A stretch of 64,000 bases of DNA, from assembly GCF_040938485.1 (NCBI RefSeq), contig NW_027271464.1, forward strand, positions 558,001 to 622,000, read 5' to 3'. This DNA comes from Diadema antillarum. Lineage: Eukaryota. The notes beneath the pieces are model-generated. The model saw only the letters and a program-made list of their open reading frames with translations, was not told the origin of the DNA and searched no databases. This document shows positions 12,211 to 23,343 of this stretch, one piece after another (positions within the stretch are counted from its first letter, which is position 1; each line of letters opens with the position of its first letter). Made by a program: the position numbers and the translations under genes.

Positions 12211-13583
12211 CTGCAAATACACAATGAGGTACTAGGCGTGTTACTTTAAAACTTACTTCTTGTTGTGGCACAGTGTGCCTGGTTGACTATTGCTAGTCAC
12301 CTGGGATGAACCACAAGGGGCCAGCATCATTCACCCATTTTTCTTGTGTTCGTGTGTCACTACAAATGACGGAGTGGACCTGCTGTTCAGAATATGCATC
12401 ATTGGTATACTGGATGGTTGTTAGTAGACCTATATTGCATTGCAGATTTAAATGAGACAACTAAATTACAGCAGGCTCAGCAAGTTATTAATCTTGAAAC
12501 CCATAACAAAATGCCATGTTGTGTTCAGACATGGTATCTATTTATCTATCAAAATAATACATTGCTGGTCACACTAAATTTGTTGCACATGGCAGCAAAG
12601 GTATTCCAAAAATTTTTCATCCTGGTGTCCAGTAAACCTTGAATTATGAAGAGAACAAACACTCTTTTCTAATCAGTATGTAGCTGCTGTAAATAATAAC
12701 TCCGACCTACAATGTAGATTTTTCTGCTGGTTTTGACAGTGAATTCTGTGATAGGAGGCATACTCTTTTTTTCTGTCTATTTGAAAATCCTTCCTTCCTT
12801 GTTCAATGCTACTTAAATTTGAAGCACTAAAATATTATCATAAATTCAAATGACTAAATGGGTGACTGAACACATTATCAAATTAATACATTTAAGAAAA
12901 AAAGATAATGTGTAAGTTCATCATGTTAAAGGTGCATGCTTGCATGCATGTTCATTAAAAAAAAAAGTTGGTAATGAGTGAAATTTATATGGGCTAATTC
13001 TAAATATTGCAGTACATCTGTAGTTGGTCATGTGTATTGAGTCCGCAGCCTCCAGTTGGTAAACACACATAAATGATACTTTAACTTTTCGAGGGGCACA
13101 ATGTGCTGAGTTGATAATGATTGCTGACTCTTGCCTGTCACTGGGGGCAAACCAAATGGGGGTCAGCTTCATTTGCTGATTTTCTGGTGCAGGTAGATGT
13201 GCACACGGTATGGACCACTTCACTAAGTTTGCACCCTGCTCTTTGTAAGAAGGACAAATGAGATCTTTGCATGTGTGAATTTTGATTCTTGACCCACCAG
13301 ACGTCCATTCAATGTCCTATTGGGGTATCTCACCAACAGACAGTTTTGCCTCTTACAAGAGAGGGCAGCATAGTTACACATAGCATTGCTCAGCTAGACT
13401 CACTGGCCCAAATTCATGAAGGTGGTTGATTCTACACCATGGTATATGCAAATTTCTTCTGCGTAAATGCGACTGACAGATTGAGTACACCAACAGACAT
13501 CCAATGACAAATGCGCATTGTTATGCACACGTGTCAAAGGTACACCTATTTCACTTTCATTTTAGACTATGATCTAAATTTAA

Positions 13584-14153
13584 AGGACAAGTCCACCTTT
13601 ATAAACATGAGGATCGAGTGAATGCAGCATTATTGGTAGAACACATCAGTGAGAGTTTGAGGAAAATCAGACAATCCGTTTAAAAATCATGATTTTTTAA
13701 AGTTTCTGCTTAGTCACTGCTGGAAGAGAAGACTACTATAGCTTGTGATGTCACATGTGTACAACGATATAATGAAAATATAAAGAAAATTTAACATATT
13801 TTAACTTATCCTGCATAATAAAAGAACACTAGACTTGCCTCTTTCAGAAGGCAGAGGGAATAATATTTCCCTGAACATACGTCAGTGACAAGTCAAGGAA
13901 ATGTGCACTTTTTACCAAAAATACAATTTTGTGAAATTCTCTTTACCGGTATATTTTTCTTATATTGTTATATGCATACAATGTGACATCATACACTGTA
14001 GTAGTCTTCTCATCCAGCAGTGACTGTGCAGATACTTTGAAAATCCACAATTTTTGAATAGATTGTCAAATTTTCCTCAAACTTTCACTGATGCATTCTA
14101 ACAATACTGCTGCTTTCACTCAGTCCACACATACATGAAGGTGGACTTGTCCT
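13584..14153. mobile_element. Kolobok-like non-autonomous DNA transposon
   Basis: TTAA-AGGACAAGTCCACC...GGTGGACTTGTCCT-TTAA; homologous to 36795-37318, with a further fragment near 25220-25320. Confidence 0.8.
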
Positions 14154-14295
14154 TTAAACCACCAAGTTGTTAAATAGGGCCTATGGTACTCCAACCTGAG
14201 CTTTTGGATCTATTGCAAGGCAGCCAACTCAGCCGCCTCACCGCACAAATAATAAACACGGGGTTGAGTTGTTACGTATAACAACGGATGCTCAC

Positions 14296-14433
14296 CAGGT
14301 CTGTGACACCGGCCAAGGCAAAGAGAACAGTGCCCAGGAGAAACTGCTCCGTGACCACCAGGTATCCCAGGACTGGCGACATCACAAGGCGGGACATTGT
14401 CAGAAGGTTTGGGATGGTGAAGATGTTCTCTCT
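14296..14433 (-). CDS. CRLS1: Cardiolipin synthase exon 2
   Basis: ag|RENIFTIPNLLTMSRLVMSPVLGYLVVTEQFLLGTVLFALAGVTDL|gtgagc; matches the CRLS1 TIPNxLxxxR...ALAGxTDL segment. Confidence 0.96.
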
Positions 14434-15029
14434 CTTCAGAATAGAAGTGAAAAGGAAAGTAAAGACACAAAGTCTATGTTCATCAAGGTTACATCTTTCA
14501 TCTGTTCATATTGAATTGCTCCTATTACTTCTGCTACTAATGATACTGATGACAACGATGATAGTAATCATGAATATTAGATACTACTTATAATGATAAT
14601 AATGGTAATAATGCGCTACTAATACTGCTACAACTACTACAACTAAATAATGAAGCAACAACACCTGCTTCAAATAACTGGGTTTTGAATAAAAAAAAAT
14701 TATGCCTTGTTGCTCTACATATGGTCATGGGTAACTTTACACACCATTTATTAATGGACTTTGCCTCATGATTGGATATTTTGATTGCTGGCCGGACACC
14801 AGAGGGCGCAATAATGTAATGTGTAACGGTACAGTATTGACTGGATACAAAACATGATAGTCCACAAAACTTGGAAGCATATTGGCAGCATTTCGTCAGT
14901 TCAATGTTATACTTATTTGCACACAGCTTGAGCTGCACCATGACATACAGCTTACTTTTCTTTTTCCTTAAATCTACACGGCCTCTTATTTTATGACTGT
15001 GTTGTGTTTCATAAGTATTGTTGCCTCAC

Positions 15030-15443
15030 CAGTTCTTTCACTTTCATCTTGCTCTGCTCCACTCTAGCTTGCATCTTCTTCTTGGTTTCCTCAAATTCAA
15101 ATTTCTCTGCCTTCTTCCTCGCCCTCCGAAGCAGACCCACGGCCACGCCCCCTTGCTTGAGCAAGGCGTAACCTAGTTTCACATGGAACGCCTCCTCGCG
15201 CATGCGCTTACTCCCACGCCTCTGCCGCTGGTTGCTCCCTGCACCGTGAGCCGAGCTGGAAAATGAATGCAGGCATGTCCAGCAGGTTGGAATACTGCCC
15301 TCACGGGGTCTCTGTTTTGACCGTGGGTCCTGCAGGCCACAGCCATGGATGTAGTCCAGTCCTGTCACACTCGTCCACACTGGATTTAGTCTGATTCCAT
15401 GACCTCTGACCCTGGTCAGTGTTGCTAGTCTTGTCCAAGACAT
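15030..15443 (-). CDS. CRLS1: Cardiolipin synthase, coding exon 1 of 6 (join 15030-15443, 14296-14433, 12081-12210, 10850-11004, 7577-7668, 6790-6877; 338 aa)
   Basis: ATG in GCCAAGATG context with an in-frame upstream TGA. Arg/Ser-rich N-terminus resembling a mitochondrial presequence. Ends ...KVKEL|gtgagg (phase 0) and joins RENIFTIPN. The N-terminal part is not conserved, so it is assigned from the splice junction. Confidence 0.8.
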
Positions 15444-16429
15444 CTTGGCAGCACTTGTCTCCCATCAATGAACAATTCTGTGATTAATCCATCTGCTGAC
15501 AGAACGGTATTTTAAGTAGAATAAAGGGGATTATTTGTCAAGAACGTAGTTCACAAATTTGTCTATTACAATTTGAAATAAAAATCCTGCATCAAGGTTC
15601 CACCTCCCATGCAAAAATTTGACCGCATGCCAAAGGCATTTATAATAGTGAAGCATAGGCTACTACTTATACTATGTATTCCAGTGGCTGAATTTTGGAT
15701 GGCTCTATATTTGAATTATTGGTGGTTTGCTTGGAAGAGTTTTGAAAAGTTTTGAAGAGAAATCCAGTATAAGTCTACTAGTCATCAACCACCTATTCAT
15801 ATATATCAGTTGACCACCCTCGCGCAATGGCTCTCTCGCGTATAAAATCAAAAGTAGACGGGGCACAATACGCCGGAACATTCGAACATGAATACAAATC
15901 AAGAGAAATTAGGGGGATACAGGTAAATAACCTGAGGAAACAGAGGAGGAAAAAGAAGTGAAGAAAATCCTCATTAGTAATACACGTTATTCTTGTTAAC
16001 ACGCATTTGCCCATTCACTCGATTTACTAACCCCAGGGCGCTCCTCGTACACAGTTATACAGTGAACGCTTTGTGTTTGGGCTGGTCGCAGTTATGGATT
16101 TACGTGCTTTTGAATGGGAAAATGGGCGGACGATTAAAATGATGAGCTTGCGCAGGTGTTCAGGAAAAAATGTCACTTGTGTTTGTTGCCAAGAGTTCCG
16201 AGTGTATGGTACGAGTCAACAATCTGAGCACAGGATATGAATCTGTGGTATTTTCTGTCTTGAGTGGAATGAAATTAAGGTGAAACTGAAGGATATTTTC
16301 TAAGATACAAGGTATTTTATCAAAAAGTGGTCAATGAGTAGTAGGTCCAACTTGAACTTTATTCAGGAGTTTAATAGTTTTAGTAGTAGCAGTACTCAAG
16401 AAGCTATCCCCCGTGGTCACCTCAAGAGC

Positions 16430-18420
16430 AGCAACAAAGAGATTAATGCAGTGATTAACTGTCATAGTTTGCGCAGAAAAGCTGCTGTAATGAACAGTTT
16501 AATTTTATAGAAGTAGAAAAACCAGATATTCTTATTGAGACTGAATCCTGGCTTGACCCATCCATCAAATCAGTAGAGATTTTCCACCCTACCTCCAGAT
16601 CTTTAGAAAGGACAGGAACTCCCATGGTGGGGGTGTCTTCATCGGGATAAATAAGGCCATCCCTAGTTTTGAGAGGACTGATCTAGACTCTTGATTCCGA
16701 ACAGATTTGGTGTCAAGCCAATCTCCAAGGTCACGTATTATTAATAGGCAGTTTTTATCGACCACCTGATTCAAAACTGTCTCCCCTCGGGGAGTTAGAA
16801 ACACGCATCTCTAGAATCAATGCTTCTTCATGATCACCACACATCATCCTTGGAGGTGAGTTCAGTGTTGCGGGTATAAATTGGTCTAACGATGTACATA
16901 GTGAACCAAAGGGTCCTCTTCAGGAAGCTTGATAGTAAGTCTGATCTCAAATGATCATCTCACTCAGAAAGTCGACTTCCCCACTAGATGTGATGAAACC
17001 TCCGGCACGGAGAATACACTAGATTTATTATTAACTACTCACCCGGATTCAATCTCAGATGTACCACCTCGCAGTGGGATTTAGTGATCATTCTATCATT
17101 CATGCAAATCTCTGTGTAAAGATTAATGTATTTAGTAAAGTTCCCCGTAAAATACCCCTGTGGAAGAAAGCAAACTGTGAGCACCTCAAGGGACTGGGTG
17201 GAAAACTTCAAGATGATTTTTTTTTATTCCAAACCTGATATGAGATCTGTTGAAGAGAATTGGACATGGTTAAGGAATTCTTTGAATAATATTGTCACAA
17301 AGCATGTACTGCATAAGCTTATTAGGGGTCGTGTTCGCCCCCCATGGTTTTCAAGCAAACTCAAACATCTTTGCAGTAAAAAAGAAAAGTTTTATATCAG
17401 AGCTAAGAAAAGCGGTTTGAAGACTGATTGGAATAAATTCATCAAGGTGCAGGAATTTGTTGATTGTTCTATCAGACGCGCCCACAGGCAGTATGTTGCT
17501 CATATTTTAGAGGAAGAGAATCCCAAGGCTTTCTGGAGATATATAAAGTCTAAATGGATAAATAATATAGGTGTTCAGATGTTGAAGATACACAATGATC
17601 TTGTGACAGGGGATATGGAAAAAGCAGAAATATTTGCAAAGCATTTCCAGAATGTTTTTGCCATGGAAGATACTGATTCCCAACTTCCGGATCTACCAGA
17701 TAGTCCATATCCTGACATGCTCCCCATCAGAGTTGATTTAGAAGGTGTTAAGAAGTTGTTACTTGATATCAGCACAACAAAAGCTATAGGACCTGATCTG
17801 ATCCAGAACCAAGTTCTCAAGATCGCAGCTGAAGAGTTATCCCAATCCTCCAGTTCATCTTTCAACAATCGCTGGACACAGGCGACCTTCCTCTTGACTG
17901 GAGGAGAGCTAACATCACCCCCCTGTTTAAGAAAGGTTCAATCACTGATCCAGCAAATTATCGCCCCATTTCTTTGACGAGCACCTGTTGCAAACTTCTG
18001 GAGCATATAATCGATAGTAATTTGATGAAGCATCTCAGTAAAGAATAACATCCTCGCGGAAAATCAACATGCCTTCCGGAAACATCAGTCGTGTGAATCT
18101 CAACTCATTCTGACAATTAATGATCTGGCTAAGAGTCTCGACACTAATACAATAATAGATCTGGTCGCCTTGGATTTCTCCAAAGCTTTTGACAGTATTC
18201 CTCACAAAAGACTACTTCACAAGCTGGAGTTTTACGGCATTCATCACGGCGTAAAGCAATGGATATCAGCCTTCCTGACCAAGCGTCTTCAGCATGTGTG
18301 CATCAACGGGAAGTGTTCCGATTGGCACCCTGTTCTAAGTGGTACTCCGCAAGGGATGGTTCTTGGACCACATTTCTTCCTTCTTTTTGTCAATGATATC
18401 CATTTCAGGCCATTTGCCAA
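16430..18420 (+). mobile_element. Degenerate non-LTR retrotransposon (CR1/RTE-X group) ORF2, 5' part: APE endonuclease and RT
   Basis: ETESWLD, RKDRNSHGGGVF, NPKAFWRYIK, GPDLIQNQVLK, LDFSKAFDSIPHKRLLHKL, SGTPQGMVLGP, FVNDI..FRPFAN (degraded FADD); many frameshifts and stops. Confidence 0.92.
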
Positions 18421-18541
18421 TCTCAAAAAAAAAAAAAAAAATTTACTTAATACCCGGACTTTCAGGAAAACAACCGAAAATTACCTAAATACCACACCCA
18501 CTAATATATACACTGTATACACCTTGGGGGACAGCGGGCCC

Positions 18542-19531
18542 CTAAGCATACAAATGTACAGCGTTTGCATAGGTGGTCTGCATGACATCAGGCAGAGCCA
18601 TCCCCCGAACCCTGGCCATGTGCTGCCCCACATCCCCCAGATACACGGGAGTGTTGTACTGACACTCCGCGTGCAGCTTGAGATGCGGGGAGTCGGTCTC
18701 TAGCAGCAGCCGGGTAAGGTGGATTTCCCTCACTGATTGGAGTTGGTCTCGGTTGAAGGACTGAATCAGCCCCAAGACCCCGAAATAGCAGTGAGGGAAG
18801 GCAGCTACCCAGGCCCGAACCATACCGGCATCCCCACTAAAGGAGTGTAGATGAACTCGCTGGTGAGCGAGATACTTCTTCTTTAGGAGCCGGATGGCCA
18901 GCCGGTTTACAGTGCTGCCACACAGGTCTGCTGCGGCACCTCGAAGGTACATGACGAGGATACGCCCCAAGGTCCCCAGTGAAAGAATACGGTTAAACAA
19001 CTCCTCCTGAGGGCACCAGAGATGTTTTAGTGCCGAGAAGTCGAAACCAACCTCACTTATGGCAGACACTCGGGGGTTGCAGAGAAGCCTGAGGAATCCA
19101 TCCCACTGGGCTGGCGTGTAGATTGCTGCCTTTTCAATGGATCCCTCCTGCCACCTTAAAATGGGGACCACGCCTCATCGACCTCATGAGGTCATTTTCA
19201 AAATCCAGGTGGGGGGAACCGCTCTGGATTGCAGAAGTTCAGGACCGCCCCCGTGATTGGAAATGGGTGGTTGGGTCCGCGGCCGGTGGTCATGATCCCT
19301 GGCTGGTGGGCCACCAACTGGAGCCGGTCTAGATGGTAATGCGTATCGAACCCGACCACCCGTTTAGTTCTTGGAGGTTCCCGAGGCGCGGTTGTGGCCA
19401 GTGCCGGTGTTGAAGTATCGGGCACTGCTGTCTCTGCATCCTCAACTGCCTCTGCAGGTAAGGGAGCCTGTGCTGGTGGGCCTGGCTCACCAATTACCTC
19501 CGCGACAGCCGCCCTCTGTTGTGTGGACAAC
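18542..19531 (-). pseudogene. Intronless TatD-family metal-dependent nuclease sequence, frameshifted
   Basis: Motifs in order across three frames: FDTHYHLDR, GAVLNFCNP, VAGGIH, ISEVGFD, LVMYLRG, VHLHSFSG, FPHCYFG, LLLETDSPHL, TTYANAVHLY*. Frameshifts near 19200 and 19136. Pro/Ala-rich linker upstream. Confidence 0.85.
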
Positions 19532-19574
19532 CTGACTGTCCCACAGAAATGCAAAAATAAAACAAATATTTTAT

Positions 19575-20745
19575 AGAAATAATGATTTGATCATTTGTGG
19601 GGGAGATTGGAATACACCGCAAAACCCTCAAATAGATACTAGGGGCGTTTCTCAAAAATGCAAGCTTCTACAACCCTTTCAAATATTTATTCAAACAAAC
19701 AAATTGATTTGTTTCAATATGAAAGAATCAAAAAGGCATTGCCACAGGTGTGGTTTGATTATTTGTGTAACAGGCAATGTACCCGAGATGTTTTGTTCAA
19801 TAAAGAATTGTTTCATATAAATACTGGGGATATAATTGAATTGGTAGCTTTAAAAACAAAACAGTTTTATTCGCTACTGCTGGATGAAAATAAATCTGAG
19901 TTAAGTGTGATATACAAATTTGTACTTTTGGACAAAAATATTACATACCTCAAGAATTTGATTGGAAGGTGTTGTTTGATTTCCAGTTTGGAAAATTATC
20001 TAATAATAAAAAAAAAAGCAATAAGTTTTAAGTTATTAGAATCTGTAGAATCTCACCATTTAAAGAAATTTAGTGAAATGAAAAATTATGTCTGACATGA
20101 TTTGTACAAGATGCAGCAAAACTGAATCGATTTGGCATGTTATGTTATATTGCCCAGATACAAGTTATATTGGGAAAAAATATCAAATTTTATATGCGCA
20201 TATTTTCATAAAATCACTGTAAATGAGCGAATGATATTAACAGGATTCAATGTAAGAGATAAATCTTTGATGTTGTTGAATTGATATTAGTTTTTGCCCA
20301 ATATACAATATTTTCGATTGTATATACTTAGCAATTATACCACAAAAGCAACGAAAGTATACGCATTATTGACAGATTTTAGAACAGAGCTCATTATGAA
20401 TTTGAAATTTTTGGTTTAAAAAAAGCTACATGTACTTGACTTCACGAAAAGGCAACTTTACGAATTAGAGCAGAAGTTGAATCACAAAATTTATATTTGA
20501 TTGGCCTGGGATGCAGAAATTAATATGTTTAGGTATATGTCACACTCAGCAAGTATCTTGGATATATTTGAAGTATACTTTCACCAGAGGAATCGAAATT
20601 CATGTGCTGATATAATTTTGACAATTAATTGTTCGTAACCTTATTTTCTACATTCATACATCTTGCTCTCTGTATGTTTTTTGTGAACTTTTCTAGATCT
20701 GAAATGAAATAAAGTCCCTCGAAGGAGGATAAAGAAAAAAAAAAT
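19575..20745 (+). mobile_element. Internally deleted L1/Tx1-type retrotransposon fragment with poly(A)
   Basis: IICGGDWNTPQNPQID (L1-type endonuclease) jumps to ORF2 C-terminal sequence (IKKALPQVW; ESIWHVMLYCP cysteine/histidine-motif remnant). AATAAA near 20708 and an A-run near 20735-20744. Confidence 0.7.
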
Positions 20746-20819
20746 AATTGCCGGTTTTGGGCCAGGCATATATGCCGCACGGGCAAACATATATATCCAT
20801 GTGTTACTTTATACAACAG

Positions 20820-21670
20820 TACAATGGTCACACCGCTGGGGTATGAAATTTAATCCTTCTAAATGTGAATCAATGCGTGTCACCAGGAAAAGAGTTCCAG
20901 GCAGTACAATGTACATCATAAAACATTCTTGGCATCACCCTCGAAGAGTCAAAGCAAGTTAAGTATCTTGGCATTAATATTCAAAATGATCTGTGCTGGA
21001 ACAGCCAGACCCACCGAGCAACAACGAAAGCATCGGTTTTTTTAAACTTCCTCAGACATAATTTTTCAAACTGTTCAACATCTGTGAAGGAAAGGATATA
21101 TTTAACCCTTGTTCATCCTCATCTTGATTAAATGCTACTACTAGTACTACTGCTTGGGATCCATGGACTAACAAGAATATTTCCTCCATCGAACAAGTTC
21201 AAAGACAGGCTGCTCGTTTTGTTTACAAACACATACGACAAAGAAGCAAGTGTCACCCAGTTGCTTAGTTCGCTCAAATGGAACTCACTCTGACACATAT
21301 GGGAAATACACCGACTATCCTGTTTTCACAAGATGCTCGGCAAGGAAATCAACATACATCATACAGACTATATTTACCCTAAACCGGATAGAAGTAGACG
21401 GGGGCATTCAAATTAGTTCGAGGTACCAACTAGCAACACAGATATGTACTGGAATTCTTTCTTCCCTCAAACCACAAGGACATGGAATAGCCTTCCCCAA
21501 TGTGTAACTGTAATCTCTCACATTAACTCAGCTACAGCTACTTTTAAGACCATGGTTTCAAAATATATTCTCCCAAATTGAGTCCACCCTCTGCCGCCAT
21601 CTCCAGTTTAAACTTCGCTTGGGGTCTTTTGGAGGATCACTACCATGTACAACTGTACCAAGTACCACGA
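20820..21670 (+). mobile_element. 3' part of the same or a related CR1/RTE-X-group LINE
   Basis: WSHRWGMKFNPSKCESMRVTRK, KYLGINIQNDLCWN, TAWDP..IEQVQRQAARFV, SFFPQTTRTWNSLP; ends in a short GTACCA tandem tail. Confidence 0.85.
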
Positions 21671-22129
21671 TTAGAAATCGATACAATTGTAGGTTGTGGT
21701 CAAAACACGGATTAATGGTATAGACTCTGAGTCTAGACTAAATAAAGAAAGCTAACAATAATCACCACAATGGTAAATTTCAATTTACACTCCTTTAATT
21801 TAGATACTAGTACTTGCCTATGCGAGTATGCCCTCACAAAGACATTGAGAAAATTATCTAGACAGTAAGTAGACTAAATTTACATGATGATAAGTATGAA
21901 ACTCTCGAACTTTCCTAGCTTAGCTTAAAGCTTATGCTTAAGCGATTGCTTAAGAGTTTAGACGGTTAGAGTCGAGTCCTTGCTTTCTCAGCACTCAGCG
22001 AAGTTCTGTCATTCACTCTCTGTGCAGTGCAGTGTGATAACCATGTGCATGATAACCGTTTCATGATCATCATGATTAGGCAAGCAAACTTTGACTTGAA
22101 CAAAGTAATTTAAATTTAGTTGACTTTAG

Positions 22130-23145
22130 AGTGGGCCTGCCTGCGCCGCGCCTGTGAGAAAGATGCATTTTACGTCATACCTTGGTCATACGTGCGTTGC
22201 TGCCATGTGTGTTGCCAGTTGGCCTGGCTTTCAACACGCTAAAGTCTGCCCGCCCCGTCGAAGGGGGTCGAACACCCCATCGCTCGCGCACGGCGGGAGC
22301 TGGCATGGCTCGAGGCAGCTTAGGGCAGAGAGGGGAGTATGCTGAACGCGGCGGCGCGGGCTCACCACTCACTGCGCCGCACCGTACCCGTAGCACTACA
22401 CTATGAAACGTTACACGAAATTCACGAGCTAGAAGTAGAACGGGATCGCGCGCGGGATGCGCGGTAACAGCTATCTACAACTAGCAAGTCAAATAACCCA
22501 ACATTCAATAGACCGGAGACCCGCCGGTGCAGTGTGCCGAGTATTAGAATAGATAGTCACCATTTAGAATTACAATAGAGGATGATATGAACTTGCCCCA
22601 TACTTGTTCCATTTGCTTATGCTTCTACATACAGTAGGTCCATACTGCACTGGTTAGGTACACAGTAGGTCCATGGGCGCCGCCATGTTGATATCTCCGT
22701 GCACTCAATGCACTGGCTCGTACATGCTCTAGTACTTTCTGATCCAGATGTGTAGCCAATCTTAAGTTAAGTCAAACCTTTTTAATCTCAATAAAAATAA
22801 TAAATATTTTTAAAAGTATAAGATTTTCATGATTTTTGAGGTGTTATAGAAAAAATTTAAAATTATTTTCAGGTTAAAATTACTCATACAATTCCACGTA
22901 CACAAACAAGCACGAGTGCCTGTGGCTGTGCTGTGGGTTGAGCTTGTAAAGTGTAAACGTTACACGTCCACGTCTTTGGGCTACAGCTGTCGTTAACTCT
23001 GCGTGACTAGGGACAGACGCCGGTCGCACAGCTGTAGCGTTAGATCTATGTTTGTAGTTGATCCTGGACAACTTAACTCCCGGCTCCCCTATCTTCAAAG
23101 AAAATGGAAGTAAGTTGATTGTATTCTGTGCCGCCATTTTAATGT
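22130..23145. promoter_or_regulatory. CpG-rich putative promoter of GNPNAT1 with YY1-type motifs
   Basis: GC/CpG-rich block in AT-rich DNA; CGCCGCCATGTT at ~22679 and GCCGCCATTTT at ~23130. Confidence 0.5.
23104..23109 (+). CDS. GNPNAT1: Glucosamine-6-phosphate N-acetyltransferase, probable 2-codon first coding exon (join 23104-23109, 25914-26076, 27082-27144, 27927-28057, 28347-28408, 31665-31842)
   Basis: aaaATG GAA|gtaagt is a strong phase-0 donor fitting the phase-0 acceptor at 25914, and lies just downstream of a CpG-rich block. Inferred; the internal Met of APMFDP is an alternative start. Confidence 0.6.
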
Positions 23146-23343
23146 AAGCACACAGCCCACAGCAACACTTATATGATTAATCTATTCAACTTTTCTTCAG
23201 CCTCAGGGAAATCTGGTAGTGGTAGCGAGAATCGAATTGCAATTGCTGTGAATAGTGTGGGATGTTGATGCATGATCATGAATGATGGTGAGGTGACGTG
23301 AGGGAGGGAATGGGGTTGAGCTCTAGTGTAGTTAATACAGTAA

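Noticed and set aside
18542-19531. TatD as a functional host TATDN gene
   Set aside because: Two frameshifts, a lost metal ligand, no introns and a transposon context; called a pseudogene or cargo instead.
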